Shown here: positions 22,968 through 34,915 of the stretch, in pieces
Numbering within the stretch: the stretch's first letter is position 1
Layout of the letters: the number at the start of each line of letters is the position of its first letter
Assembly: GCA_051294375.1 (NCBI GenBank)
Contig: CM119264.1
Coordinates: 30,401,870-30,465,869, forward strand
DNA length: 64,000 bases
Reading direction: 5' to 3'
Source: Paraspadella gotoi
Taxonomy: Eukaryota > Animalia > Chaetognatha
Translations under genes and position numbers: made by a program
The notes under the pieces: generated by a model
Told to the model about the DNA's origin: nothing
Databases searched by the model: none
The model's input: the letters and a program-made list of their open reading frames with translations, nothing else

Positions 22968-24726
22968 TAGAGGCAGATACTATATTTAAAAAAATATTGC
23001 CAGAAAAACTGATAAATAACAATGAAATTAATAAAACAAAATAATGTATCCATTTCTACGACAGTCCCCGAGCCCCGAAATTCGTCTCCGCGCGGGTCTC
23101 TCTCTCGCTTCGCTCTCGGTCAAAAACTCCCGAATGCTCGATCAGGTCCTCGCTCACGGCGGGGTCTCCTTCGCTCTTATCGAAGCTTCGCTCTCGTCGC
23201 AGTCGGCGACGGAAAGAGTCGCCGCCGCTTATCAGCTCATTGTTTTGGCAGAGGTCGGTATTATTATAGTAGTATGTTATGAAATTGGTACAACCAATAT
23301 AACAGTTATTCATTCATTTAATAAATAAGCTATCTTGCCCTTGACTTTGGACAGGCTTTTGTGATTTAAGGCCTCCATCACTCTTACAAGATAATGACAT
23401 AACAGGTCCTTCCAAGCTTTCAATATAGATTTTCTCACAGTCTCGTTTATTCACTTCCAGAGCACCTGGTTTCCCTATCAATGAAGTTGTATAATATTTC
23501 AATATTATTATATTATGTCACTCGTTACTTTGGTGCTATAAAATCCAAATTTGCCAAACCGCTAATTTTGTACATATGGATTAAAATTGTTAAATTATGT
23601 TTGATAAAATCTTCATTTGATAAGTTGACCATTAAAATAATTTTTAACTTTTGTGGAATAAAATCGCAATTTGTTCCGTTCAGAAAATTAGCTAAATTTG
23701 TTTTTTAAAATGGCTGATTTGTTATAAGATCTTAAATTAAGACTTAATTTAATAATTGCTAACTTGTTATCTTGGAAAATCTTAAAATCCAACTATCTCT
23801 ACATACCTCTCTCTCTCTCCAAGGTCATCCGCGACGGTCCGGACTCCGTGACGCTGAAGGCCCATTCCATCTCCACTCTTTTGAACGCCTTGAAGGGGTG
23901 CGCCCCGGATGCCCCAGCAGCCACCGCAGCCGCCGCCACCCCGCTTACTACGGACCACGCCCTCTTAGTCTACGTCGTCTCGTTAATCTCAAGTTTGTCT
24001 CGATTGAGGGCGGGAATCGCCGATGCGTTCGTCGCCGGCGGAATCGTCGAGATGCTGACGACCAGATTGAGGATCGACCATCTTCAGGTTTGAAGGATCA
24101 ATGAGGATCGAAATACCGATTTCGTACTTTGTTTAAAATTTGTAATTTAGTGAATATGAGATTTATAATCTATGGCGAGTTAGGCGGAGAATAAGATTGG
24201 GGCGGAGTGACAGTTTAAAATGGATTTTTATATTTTAAGTACTAAAACTAATTATAAACCTATTTAAAACCCCCAAACCTGGTTAATAATAATAAGGACG
24301 GACGGAGTTGTGCGAAAGAGAGACAAAATAAAGACCTATACCAAACTTTTCCAGGTGCGACGCACCTGCGCCACCTGCCTCGGCATCCTCACCTTCAACC
24401 GCGTTGCCGCCGTCCGCTTCAACTCCCTCTGCCGGAACAAACCCGAAATATTCTCTCTTTTCCGGCGTCATCTCGGCGCCGATTCGCGCGTCGACGCCGC
24501 CTTCGTCCGAAACTTTGAGCGAGCGATGGAAGAGGGACTTCCGTGCATGGACAGAACGCCGGAATTGTATCGGCGGCGATCGGCCGGAAAGTCGGCGGGA
24601 AAGATGACTAAGACGACGACGAAGACGACGACGACGACAACAAAGTTGTTAACGGGAAGAAGAGTGAATAGAAGGAAAGAGGGGGGCGTTGGTGAACGAA
24701 CGAAAATTCAAAACTGCGTCGATTAA
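8345..24726 (+). CDS. ANKAR: Ankyrin and armadillo repeat-containing protein (ANKAR orthologue), 13 coding exons
   Basis: Exons ~8345-9054, 9510-9890, 10171-10560, 11108-11467, 11996-12274, 12656-12931, 20039-20666, 21330-21414, 21664-21956, 22197-~22910, 23065-23253, 23824-24087, 24355-24726. The translation follows recalled human ANKAR collinearly: EIHQIIRELTFGIF, ALWTGVYFPRDKR, LPPTERQIHERFKGVLGVKTANKCKSIPVGLK, ankyrin repeats PIHLAARSG/GWLPIHNAA/TPLLLAAKYG, then ARM repeats through CRNKPE. The true start and the exon 10 donor are uncertain. Confidence 0.92.
9275..9482. repeat. (TTTA)n followed by (TTCA)n microsatellite in ANKAR intron 1
   Basis: Directly visible. Confidence 0.95.
14042..18777 (+). 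CDS. Intronless LRR receptor-pseudokinase-KEN ribonuclease (TLR-like ectodomain fused to an IRE1/RNase L-like cytoplasmic module); frameshifted in this sequence
   Basis: Signal-like N-terminus (KYLLCFLIVL), many LxxLxLxxN repeats and four LRRCT clusters, three followed by LRRNT. TM VVIPSIAASVCFLTLAGVSF at ~17452-17515. Kinase remnants CVVEPWLCTLQEF and NLIE..ATHPELEKRPSYKVLLEAPVF. KEN motif NWTNLIDSSLIHDF..QYKINSVMFLTRFVRNILSH. ORF pieces 14042-14818, 14811-17069, 17481-17702, 17617-17871, 17861-18073, 18249-18635 and 18370-18777 join through small indels. Confidence 0.8.
18990..19203 (+). mobile_element. ~210-bp dispersed repeat family (short non-autonomous element), copy 1
   Basis: Shares gatagggaagccagg...gtaagagtgatggaggccttaaa...cctgtccaaagtca.ggcaagatagcttatttattaaatgaatg...ttggttgtaccaatttcata with the reverse copies at 23277-23493, 34181-34375 and 62360-62540. 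Confidence 0.8.
21432..21520. repeat. (ATT)n microsatellite
   Basis: Directly visible. Confidence 0.95.
23277..23493 (-). mobile_element. ~210-bp dispersed repeat family, copy in ANKAR intron 11
   Basis: Reverse complement of 18990-19203 with high similarity. Confidence 0.8.
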
Positions 24727-25549
24727 AAATAAAACACGGATTGTCGTTTGTATTTTTGTCATATTTTTACAATACTGTAACTCCGATCGAGTCTCTCCCT
24801 CTCTGCATTATTATCTGTCTCTTTAACATTTCATTACAATCATACAGGACCTGAATTTGTGTGAATTTGGTTTAAAAGTTACGGTTGAGTTTTTCTTTTT
24901 ACGGTTTTCCGAGAGGACGGACAATTAATAGTTCGTAGCGGCAGCCGGAACCAAAAAGAGTTGACAGGGATTTTGCACCGCAATGCCCTCTACTGCACGA
25001 ACTACTCATTAAATTAATTTTGATTTTATTATTTTAATTTTGATTCATTCATAGGACAGAATTTCAATACAAATACATTGACCATTAAAAAAATATTACT
25101 AAAAGCAAAATAAATCAAATTAATTAAATTAAAATTTAATCAAGTTAATTGCATTAAGTGAAATTTAAAAGTATTTTCAGTTTGGTATAAACGTTTCGTT
25201 TATTAAATACAAATTTCGATGTTAAAAATTAGACCGACTCGGCGAAATGCTGAACAGAGACAGAGTCATCGATGTTCTTTTCATTATCTGTCTCTGTCTC
25301 TGTCTCCATCTGCCTTCTTTCGACCCAAACTGTAACTTTTTTTTAAATCACTTTTTTTTCTTTTTTCAAAAAAATCAGCTGATTTTTTCTTCAACGTTTT
25401 GTCAGTGCGAATTTCCCAGGTATTTGGCAATATTATTTATCGTATATCCTTTTTTTATTAATGAAATTGATAATCTTTAGTTAATAACGTTTATCAATAG
25501 AATTCGTACAAATAAATCCCAAGGCCGGAAGGTGACCAGTCAAAAAAAA

Positions 25550-28500
25550 ATGCGTAGTCCGAAGAGCCGCCGCCTTGTGGTCCAGGACGAGGACCCGCCG
25601 ATGACGCCAAACCAAATCGCCGTCATCGATAAAGTCGCCGCCTTTTCGGGTGAGTTGAATTTAACTCACGGCGATCCTGGAGTTGAATACGCTCTGGAGG
25701 CTTATGGTAGAAATCTACTATGATATTAAATTCAATAGGGGCGGGCAGGGATGTGGAGCCGNNNNNNNNNNATCCCTGGGGGCGGGGGTTCAAAACTTTA
25801 GTAGAAAAAAATTTGTTTAAAAAAGTTCGATTTTAATAATTTTATTGTTACTATTAAAATTATAATATTACTATATAATAATAACAAATTTTTTTAATCT
25901 ATCTTAACTTTTTTTGATGGATTCTGATAAAGCATAAAAAGTTAAATAAAAAATATAATTGTAACTTTCAAAAATTTTTTAGTTTTTTTGGTCAAAATTA
26001 AAAAAAAATAATAAAATTATCAAAAAATGATGATAATGATGATTATAAATAGTTTTTTATATTTTTCACACACTTATGATCAAATTATCAAGAAAAAAAA
26101 TTCTACTTTGTGTAGATAACTTTTTGCAAGCTACTTGAATCTGATTTTAAAAATAAAAAAATTTTAGCTTTTCCTATTTATAAATAAATATTAAAAAATT
26201 AATATATAGAGAATGGAGTAATATTAAAAATTTTTTGTCTATTCTAATTTTTTAAAAAATATTAAAATTTTTGTTTGAGTAGATATTTAATTTAAATTTT
26301 TTAACCACCTTACTGAGTTAGGCTCCCCTTACTTATGGGAAACGAAGGGAAAGAAGAGGAAAGAATAAAGTTTGTTTTTTTACGGAAAATAAAATAAAAT
26401 AAAAATGTTGATAAGCTTCATGGATTAAGGATTTCTTTTTAATTTTTTAAAAAATGTTTTTTAAATTTTAGTATTTTTAATATTTTTTTTATTGCTTTTG
26501 ATAGATATTAAGTAAGTGTTTTTATTTGTGATTACTACAAATAACTTTAATTTACCCCTAATTTACTCTTAACCTTAACTTATTCTTAATTTACCCCTAA
26601 CCCTAACTTACCCCTAACCTTAAATTACCCCTCACCTACCCCTAACCCTAATTTACCCCTAACCTTAACTTACCCTAACCCTAACATACCCCTAACTATA
26701 ATTTACCCTTAACCTTAATTTACCCTTATTTAAAAAATATGATATCCGAATTCTTTTATTTTTTATCCTCTTCCATTCTGTTCCTCTTCTTTTCCATTAA
26801 TTCTTTCAGAAAAACTTTGCTCTTCTTTTTCCATAGGCCTCCAGAGTGTATTGATCTTCATCAGCTGTTATTCAATATCAACTTATATTATTTTTTTTTC
26901 CTTAAGAAAAATCTTCCTCTTTGTTTACCAATAGACTTTTGGAACGTATAAAACTACAGGAACGCCAGTTTTTGGCATCAATTTTAATCAAGTTCGTCAA
27001 AACTTTAAAAGTTTCACCATAATTTTTCTTTCCCCACCCCTCCCCACAAAAGACGCTGATCTGAGAAGGGAATTATCTCATCGCAACTTCAGCTGTGGTC
27101 CGATTGTGGGCACAACCCGCAGTGTCTACCGCAAGAAGCTCGTCGCCCTAATCCTTGCCGACGACGAACCTCGCGAGGGACGCCACTCCAACCCCATGGT
27201 CCTCAACGCCGCCGTTGTCCAGAGAGACGACCACGCTGCGGTAATTGGGACCCTTTTTAGTTATTGGAGTCCTGGCGGGTCCTAACATTTGTGAAGGGTT
27301 GTGAAAGTTTAAGTTTGCCGTAGATGGTGTATGATTGCCATGCATGATTTAATATTTCTGTAGATTAAGGTTGCTGTCAACGGTTTTGGATTGCTGTAAA
27401 TGGTTTTAGAATACTCTTCAAGTCTTCATGCTTTAGAATTGCTCTGCCTTGGTTAAGAATTGATGTACATGGTTTAAGTTTGCCGTTGATGGCTTTAGAA
27501 TGCTGTAAATGTTTTAATTTTGCTGCTTAATATTGCTTCGATTTAGAATTTCTGTATGTAGATAGTTTGCAATTATTGTGGATGCCGTTTTCTAATCGGT
27601 GCTTAAGTACTTTAGATTTTATGAACTTGGAAAACTGGTATTGATTGAAAAGTACTTATTAACTATTAAATAATGCTAAATATCTATTAGGACGGTGATT
27701 TTGAAGAACCAGAATCGGCTTCTCAAGACGATCAAAGCGAAGACGATTCTTCGCAAGAAATCGAATCCGCGACACAGAGCGAATCAACCGAAGAAAATAG
27801 CGACGTCGAATCTCAGCCCCTGCAAACAGGTTGATGGAGAAAGACCCAATTTGTGATGTAGTTAAACCGTTGGAATTGACGTTTTCTTTAGTGACGGTTC
27901 CCGAGTCGGCGGTTCGTCAGCGCGTCCCTCATTTTGACACGACTGAGTCTTCGCAAACCACCGTTTCTTATGTTTCAGAGGTAAATAATTATCTTGTGAT
28001 ATCGGTTAATTTTTTTAATGGATTATTTGTCTTTTACGTTACAATTCGTATATTGGGTGTATGTCAGATTAAAAGGCCATCGCAGGTAATTTTGTTTTAA
28101 CATATGCTCTCTGTACATCCAAAATGTAATTTTGGAAACTGATGATTTAATCGGAATTCGCATGATTTTGAGATTTATTAAAAAAACTTGGCAAATGTTT
28201 TTTATTATTCGTTTTTAAACTTTTTTTTTATAATTATACATATGTCTTCCATAGCATAGTTGAAATAATTTTCTTATTGAAATTTTTTTGGTACGGTGGT
28301 TATTTTTTATGAATGTTTACATTCACAGGACGGACGCACTGTGAAGCGAACGACGACGACGACTCGCGTGATTAAGAAAGTCGAGGTTTGTTTGTTTGTT
28401 ATTATTTACATCACAGATGAATGAAACCCGGAAACAGAGGAAAGGATTAAGGAAGAGGATTCTGGTAGAGGAAGAAGATTCGAATAGTGGCCATAGTTAT

Positions 28501-29269
28501 TGTATTAGGAATATTTTTTTCGTTTCTTAGTTCGTAAAAAAGCATTATCACAGTATTTCTTAACATTTGATTGTTAATTTATCCTTATATCTCATTTAGA
28601 AAGCGCAAGCTGACGAGGCGGTGGCCCCGCGGGTCGCGTCTCAAATGAATTCCCGGTCCATCGCTTCGTCGGACGCCATTGCTTCTCAATCTCCGACGAA
28701 GGAAAAGACGCAAGGAATGTCATGTTGGTCTATTCTTCTGCAGGTGAGGCTTACAGGGTTGTTTTTTTCGTCTGGCACGAGAGTATAAAAAGATTGTTAC
28801 TTTCATAGAATGCTGTTTTAAAAAAATAGCTTTGATATAAAATGGGGTAATTTTAGCCCTCTCCACATTAAGAGATGTGCACGTTTTTATAGCGATACTC
28901 CACTCAAATTGTATATCTTCATTAATACTTTTTGTACGAAACGATCCTAAATTAATCTTAATCTTGTATGATTTTGTTAATTTTTAATTTTCGTTATTTA
29001 ATATTTATGTTTCTTAAATTGTAGAATGTAGATCTATACAAAGTTTAAATATTTATTTACTGATTAAATCCTGTGTAGAACAGTAAAACTCCGAACTAAT
29101 AAACGATTCCTTTTTTTCACAGCTATTGGTGATCGCTGTGATTTCTGCTTTCGTTTACTTCATTCTCACGGATCGATCCCCGCTCGCCCTCGTCGGACAA
29201 GACCAACAACAACAACAACAACAACAACACGACGTAGAAAATCCCCCTTTCAAGGACGGCAACGCCTGA
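25550..29269 (+). CDS. LEM-domain inner nuclear membrane protein (emerin/LAP2beta/otefin-like) with C-terminal TM
   Basis: Exons 25550-25649, 27053-27240, 27691-27829, 27892-27980, 28329-28385, 28600-28743 and 29123-29269 splice in frame. LEM motif FSDADLRRELSHRNFSCGPIVGTTRSVYRKKL, acidic/Ser-rich linker, TM ILLQLLVIAVISAFVYFIL and a poly-Q luminal tail. Confidence 0.88.
26570..26728. repeat. Degenerate CCCTAA/TTACCCCTAA tandem repeat in LEM gene intron 1
   Basis: Repeated taaccctaa/ttacccctaa units. A similar degenerate tract lies at 35560-35750. Confidence 0.75.
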
Positions 29270-31296
29270 TCCATTGATGCGACAGAATCCATTTGCTCTT
29301 CGACGACTCGATTGCCGTCTGATTCGATGCCATTTCGCTCGGCGACTCGATTGACGCCCGATTTTTAAAGAGAAATATATTTTTTCCCTTTTCCTATTTT
29401 TTCTCTCGTTCCTTCGTGATGATATTATATCCCAATAATTCCAATTGGACCGATTCTGTACGTGGATTGATTTTTTGATTTTACTCTTTCACTTGTCATT
29501 TTTCAAATTTGAGATTTTTTTTTTATCTGATTCAGTAAAAGTTAGTTCCGAGTTTCTTTTATTGTTTTTTTTTTTCCTTTTAACATGATTGAGACGCAGT
29601 TTTATTTTCATAAAGAAAAATGAGTGAATTAATTAGAATTGATTAGTTACCTTTCATACTCAAGGCTCTGATAGAACTGAGAGATAGTCCAATGGCCATT
29701 CCTTAATAGGTCTTGATCTTAATTTTTAAGCAAGTAAACTTAGATAAAAAGTTTGAAATAAGTTTTCGACAACGATTTTTATTTTTCATAGAAAAATAAA
29801 TTATGTGCAAAAGAGAGTTGAGAAAAAGATAGTGTCGGGCTGGGGAGGCTTCCTTGCGGGAAGGTCCCGAGAGGCTTCTCGAATTTCACTCTGGCCTGGT
29901 ACGGTTGCCCACTGCCCTCTTTACGCCTGCTTCCGAGGCGGGCGGTTGTCCGTTCTTGCCGCTTTTGCGACAGGAGTTGTGGACTCCTCCCCTTCCTTCT
30001 ATGGCCGTCGTTTAGGGCGGCGCTCACTCCACAGAGGGAATGAGTTACTTCATTTGAGGATGAAGCATCGTCTGCGTATTGCCTGCGCGATGGTCTCCGC
30101 CTGTCTCGTTCATTGTGCGGCCGTGGTGGTGACGGGGCCTCCTCCACGCTTTGAATAAGTGAATCATAGCTACTAGCTTGGAGGGAGATCGGATCGTCCT
30201 CCATCACGATTCAAATATCAATCACCAGTTTGCCATAAATTTGCCATTATAACATTGTAACATTTAACCTCAGAATATTTTTCGACCGGAGTATAAGATA
30301 GTAAATATAAGATAGTAAATTATAATTTTTCCTTCAGGCTCAGGGCTCTGAAGCACCACTATCAGAGAATTCTCTCCGAAAGGGGGTAAAACTTACTTTA
30401 AACAAATTGAAATTGCTCAATTTAAGCTTCAATGTTAAACGCAATTTTTTTGTCTTAATACCTTTTTGAAAAAGTTTTTCGTTAGCCAACTTCTATCAAC
30501 CAAGTTGAGGTTAAAGCCGTTTTTACTGAGAAATCAAGTTTCTAAGACTTGCAATTTTGAGATTCAACTACTAAAAAAATAACTTAAAACATTTTACTTT
30601 TAACAAAAACTAACTAATTTTTTACTTCATATTATAAAAAACTTACTCCCAATAATTAAAATTTTTATAGTACTCTGTTTTCTATGCAAATCAGTAAGCC
30701 ACTGAAGCCTCATTTTAAATTTTCAAAACAAAAGTTCGCAATAACTCAACCGTTCGAGTTCTGCTTATCAGAGACTTTATTATTAAATTAAGTGTATTCG
30801 CCGAAATTGAACATTTAACTTATTCATATACACATGTATTGTATCCGAAGACCGATCGCCTAATCATTTGTTATGTTAAATGTATAGCAGTTTGTTGACG
30901 CCAAGCATAGTTCTAATAATTTTCTGCATATATTAATTTAACAATTTCAATTTGTCTTGCGATGTCGTTTGTTTTGCCTTCATGTTTATACGCCCTCTTT
31001 CCGTCGATTCCTTAACTAAAATTGCAAGAAAAACAAAAGTCTTTATATTCACTCATTTTTCAAAACATTCAGATACGTATAAATTGTATATGAAATTTTA
31101 GAATTTTGTTCATTATATCGATTCCTAAGGAAAAAATTTACAAAGAAATACTTTTAGATTTAATGAGTTATCATTAATTTTAATGAGGTGTAAATAATTA
31201 TGTAATTTTTTTTTAAACTAAACTGAGCAAACTTAACTCAGCAAGTGAGTTGTTAATAACACACACCTAATCAGTAATCACACACAGTCACACACA

Positions 31297-31422
<126 letters not shown>

Positions 31423-31856
31423 AACTAATGACGCGTAAAATCTCGTGTCGTCGAGATACTCAGCGAACTCGGTGCTCGCTCTCGAACTCTGGAACGAACA
31501 GGTGTTAGCGAGTTAGCGAGTGCTATCACGTTTGCCCTTGGGGCCCGTTTTGTACACTTCACACCGTGTCGCTCGCTTGATACGAAAAAGTCATTGTGCA
31601 ATCTTTAAAGTCACTGTGCAGCGTGAATTTAGTGCAACCTTTAAAAGTCATTGTGCGATAGTTTGAGACGCACAGTCACCGGAAATTGACGCGCCGATGC
31701 GCCCACCCGCGCGAGGGCGCTGTAGGACGAACACGCTTCTCGAGACGCAATGTCGATTCGTCTCGAAACTAGAATTGTCGTTGTTACATTATTCGGCTTT
31801 AAAGATTGAATGAAGATTTTATGCAAAGATGTTTTGGGTCCCGCCGAAAAGAAGAG

Positions 31857-31889
<33 letters not shown>

Positions 31890-32831
31890 TAAGAAAAAAA
31901 GAGAGAGAGAATAAGAAAGAACGAGAGAGAGAGAGAGAGTAGAGATAACGAGAGAGAGAGAGAGAGAGAAGAGTGCAACTCATTTAAGTTAGAAAAAAAA
32001 GGACAACAACTTTGACGCGTGAGAAAGAAAAAAAATGGTACGAAGCCGTCGGGAGCGAGGGGGGGGGTTAGAGTGGGCGAGAGGGGGGTGAGGGGCGTCT
32101 CGTGGGATAAGGTGCTTGGCTGAGATAGGGGAGTAAGGCTTGGGTGCTGCCCGGCTGCCGCCCGGCTGCCGCAGTGGCAAAGTTAAAGGATCTACTTTAA
32201 TTGAATGAGAAGAAGAACGAGGCTTTTCTTTGGCCGGAGAATTGAAATGTGGCGTCGTTTTAAGGCGGCGGGCTGCGGCGGGCTGCGGCGGGCGGCGGCG
32301 GGCGGCGGTGTAGTCATCGTCGTCGTCGTCGTCGCAATGATGGTTGTTCCTCAAAACAAAACGAATTGAAGCGAAAATTTTGGTTTTTCTTCAGTTTTAA
32401 TGGAAAAAAGTTTTTCGTCTTTTTTTTTTAAACGCGAAGCGAATTTAGCTAAAGTTTTGAATAATGGCGGATTGATAAACTAGACTCTGAATGAAAAGCT
32501 TTTCGGGATTTTCTAGGTTATCTTGAGAGAGAGAAGGAGACCTTAGGCTAAACAGATTACTTGCCTGTCTTAATTCAGCAGTTAGCTTGTTTAACGAACA
32601 ATGTTGATGGTTGAATAAACACTTAAATTTGCATCCCGTATAAACTCAGCTCGTCCCATTGGCTTGGACAGCAAAGTACTCGTTCACCAACTGTGAGTTC
32701 TGTTTTAATTTCATAAAATAATCATTTTATTCCTTTTAAAACGCGGGTCGCGTGAAACTTTATGGTTGAAAATCATCACGGATTTGAACTCGGCGACCGG
32801 AGAAAAGGCGGACGAGTGACACAGTCTCTCG

Positions 32832-32910
<79 letters not shown>

Positions 32911-33807
32911 TATATCATCATTTTATCATCATCATCTCTGCATCACTCTTTTTTTTTATTCAATCCTCTTCCTACCTTCATTACAACTCAGTTAATATTT
33001 TCCTTCTCTTAAAAGGTTCTTCATTCCTTTTCATTTCTCCTACCTTGTTACTTTCCTTTCATACCTTTTGTCTTCACTTTCTCCCTTTTGTCGGTCGGTT
33101 CGTCGGTCCGTCGGTCCGTCGGTATTTCTGTCCATCGTTCTGTCCGTTTAAAATACATGTAATTTGCCTATATTTGGTTGCTCATTTTTAGACAGAAAAA
33201 ACCGCAAATCTAAGGGACTGCTAGCGCCGCCTTCAGGAATTCCTAAAACTAAAGAACGGTCATTCTTGCTGACCACTACGGGTCACAAAGTACAAAGACT
33301 TCGTCGTCGTCGTCGTCGTCGTCTTTGTTCGAATCATTTGAGCTCCCAAAGACAGAATATTGATTCAGTGCATGTTATAAATACACGAGCAAAACATTTT
33401 TTTAGTCATGTCCTGTTATGTCATGTCATGTCATGTCATATTATGTCATCAAAAAGAAATCCACGTGAAAATAAAGTCACTGCGGCGCTACACAATGGAA
33501 TTACCGTTCTTAACTATCTTCTTATTCAGTCTCTTGTAATAAACTTTTCATTTTTTTCTTTCTCTCTCATCTCTTTTTAGTTTTAGAATTTTTTTTAAAG
33601 TCCTTTCATATCTATTTATATTTTATTTATTTTCTATTTCAATTTATAGTTTTTCTTCCTTTTTTTCTTTTTCCTTCATACCTCTTCCTTTTTTTCAAAG
33701 TTCCTTCCTTTTTTTCCCTTTTTTTTAAAGGTCCTTCCTTTTNNNNNNNNNNTCCCTCCTTTTTCATAACTTCATTTTTCTTTTCATGGAAAGTCTCTTT
33801 GGATAAA

Positions 33808-33974
33808 CATCGTCGTCGTCGTCATCGTCGTCTTCTTCGTCGTCGTCATCGTCGTCTTCTTCGTCGTCTTCTTCGTCGTCTTCTTCGTCGTCTTCTTCGT
33901 CGTCTTCTTCGTCGTCTTCTTCGTCGTCTTCTTCGTCGTCTTCTTCGTCGTCTTCTTCGTCGTCTTCTTCGTCG
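33808..33974. repeat. 12-bp tandem repeat (TCGTCGTCTTCT)n
   Basis: Directly visible. Reads as DEEDD repeats on the minus strand. Confidence 0.9.
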
Positions 33975-34180
33975 GCCATATAAACTTGTAACTCGGCGAA
34001 ATTTATGGGTGCATTCTGTTTGCAACGCGAGTTTAACGACAGAGGTTGTAGCGTGAGTCTTCGTTCTTGTGATGTCGTCGTCTTTGTGAAACTCACTCCT
34101 TCACATTGAGCGGCTCCTTTCCTTTCCCAAGGATATTCTATTCGCTTCACTTACAAATAAAGATAAATAAAAATTTATGG

Positions 34181-34660
34181 GTATGAACTTGGTACAACCA
34201 GTATAAAAATTAGCCATTCATTTAATAAACAGGCTATCTTGTCCCAAACTCTGGACAGGTCCGGGTGGGTTTAGGACTTCATCACTCTTACGAGATAATT
34301 ATAAAGCAGGACGCTGCAAGACTCTCGAAATTTAGTTCTTTCATTCCCAGAACACCTGGCTTTTCTATCAATATGAGGGAAGCCTCCTCTCTGATTGGTC
34401 AATCAGAAGAAAAGACGGAAAAGCCAAGAGAGGGAAACCATTTGGTCTATCAGATCCATCTACTGGTTCATTTCCTGCGATGATACGAATCAACTTGCAA
34501 AGAAAACTGCAACTCCTATTAGCGAAAGCTCGCAGGGTCTCATTACTTATCTTGTACGAAAACTGGAGATCTTAATTACGATAATAAGCAACATAGCCTA
34601 TTTATTATATTTATTAAATGAACGAATGGATAATTTTTAAGTCAGTTCTATCAATTTCTT
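34181..34660. mobile_element. Two inverted copies of the ~210-bp repeat family forming a MITE-like unit
   Basis: 34181-34375 is a reverse copy. 34540-34660 is a degenerate forward copy ending atagcctatttatt...aatggataattttt...tatcaatttc. Confidence 0.55.
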
Positions 34661-34837
34661 AAAGTTTTTTTTTTCCGGTCTGATGTCAGAAAGTATAAAT
34701 TGCCTGCGTCATCAACATCAAACATTTATAGATAATAAATTCGACATTTTTATCGACTGCATCGTCAGCTTTTTGTCGTCGTCGTCGTCGTCGTCGTCGT
34801 CTTCATCATCATCGTCTTTGACCTCTCCTTTCATCTC

Positions 34838-34915
34838 TGCCACGCCCCATACGTGACGTCACGTCTCTGTTGACGCTGCGACGTCACGTCCGTGGCGTCA
34901 CGCGCGTCACGTCGT
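34838..34915. promoter_or_regulatory. Candidate CpG-rich bZIP (CRE/ATF) site cluster with an adjacent CACCC/GC box
   Basis: CCACGCCCC at ~34840, perfect palindrome ACGTGACGTCACGT (34851-34864) containing TGACGTCA, and several further CGTCA half-sites. Confidence 0.4.

Noticed and set aside
26570-26728. Interstitial telomere
   Set aside because: Units are degenerate and interspersed with TTACC; more like the internal repeat of a small transposon.
33764-34150. Acidic DEEDD-repeat protein on the minus strand
   Set aside because: Explained by a 12-bp tandem repeat in a genome rich in GAC/GAA repeats; no other exon or domain support.
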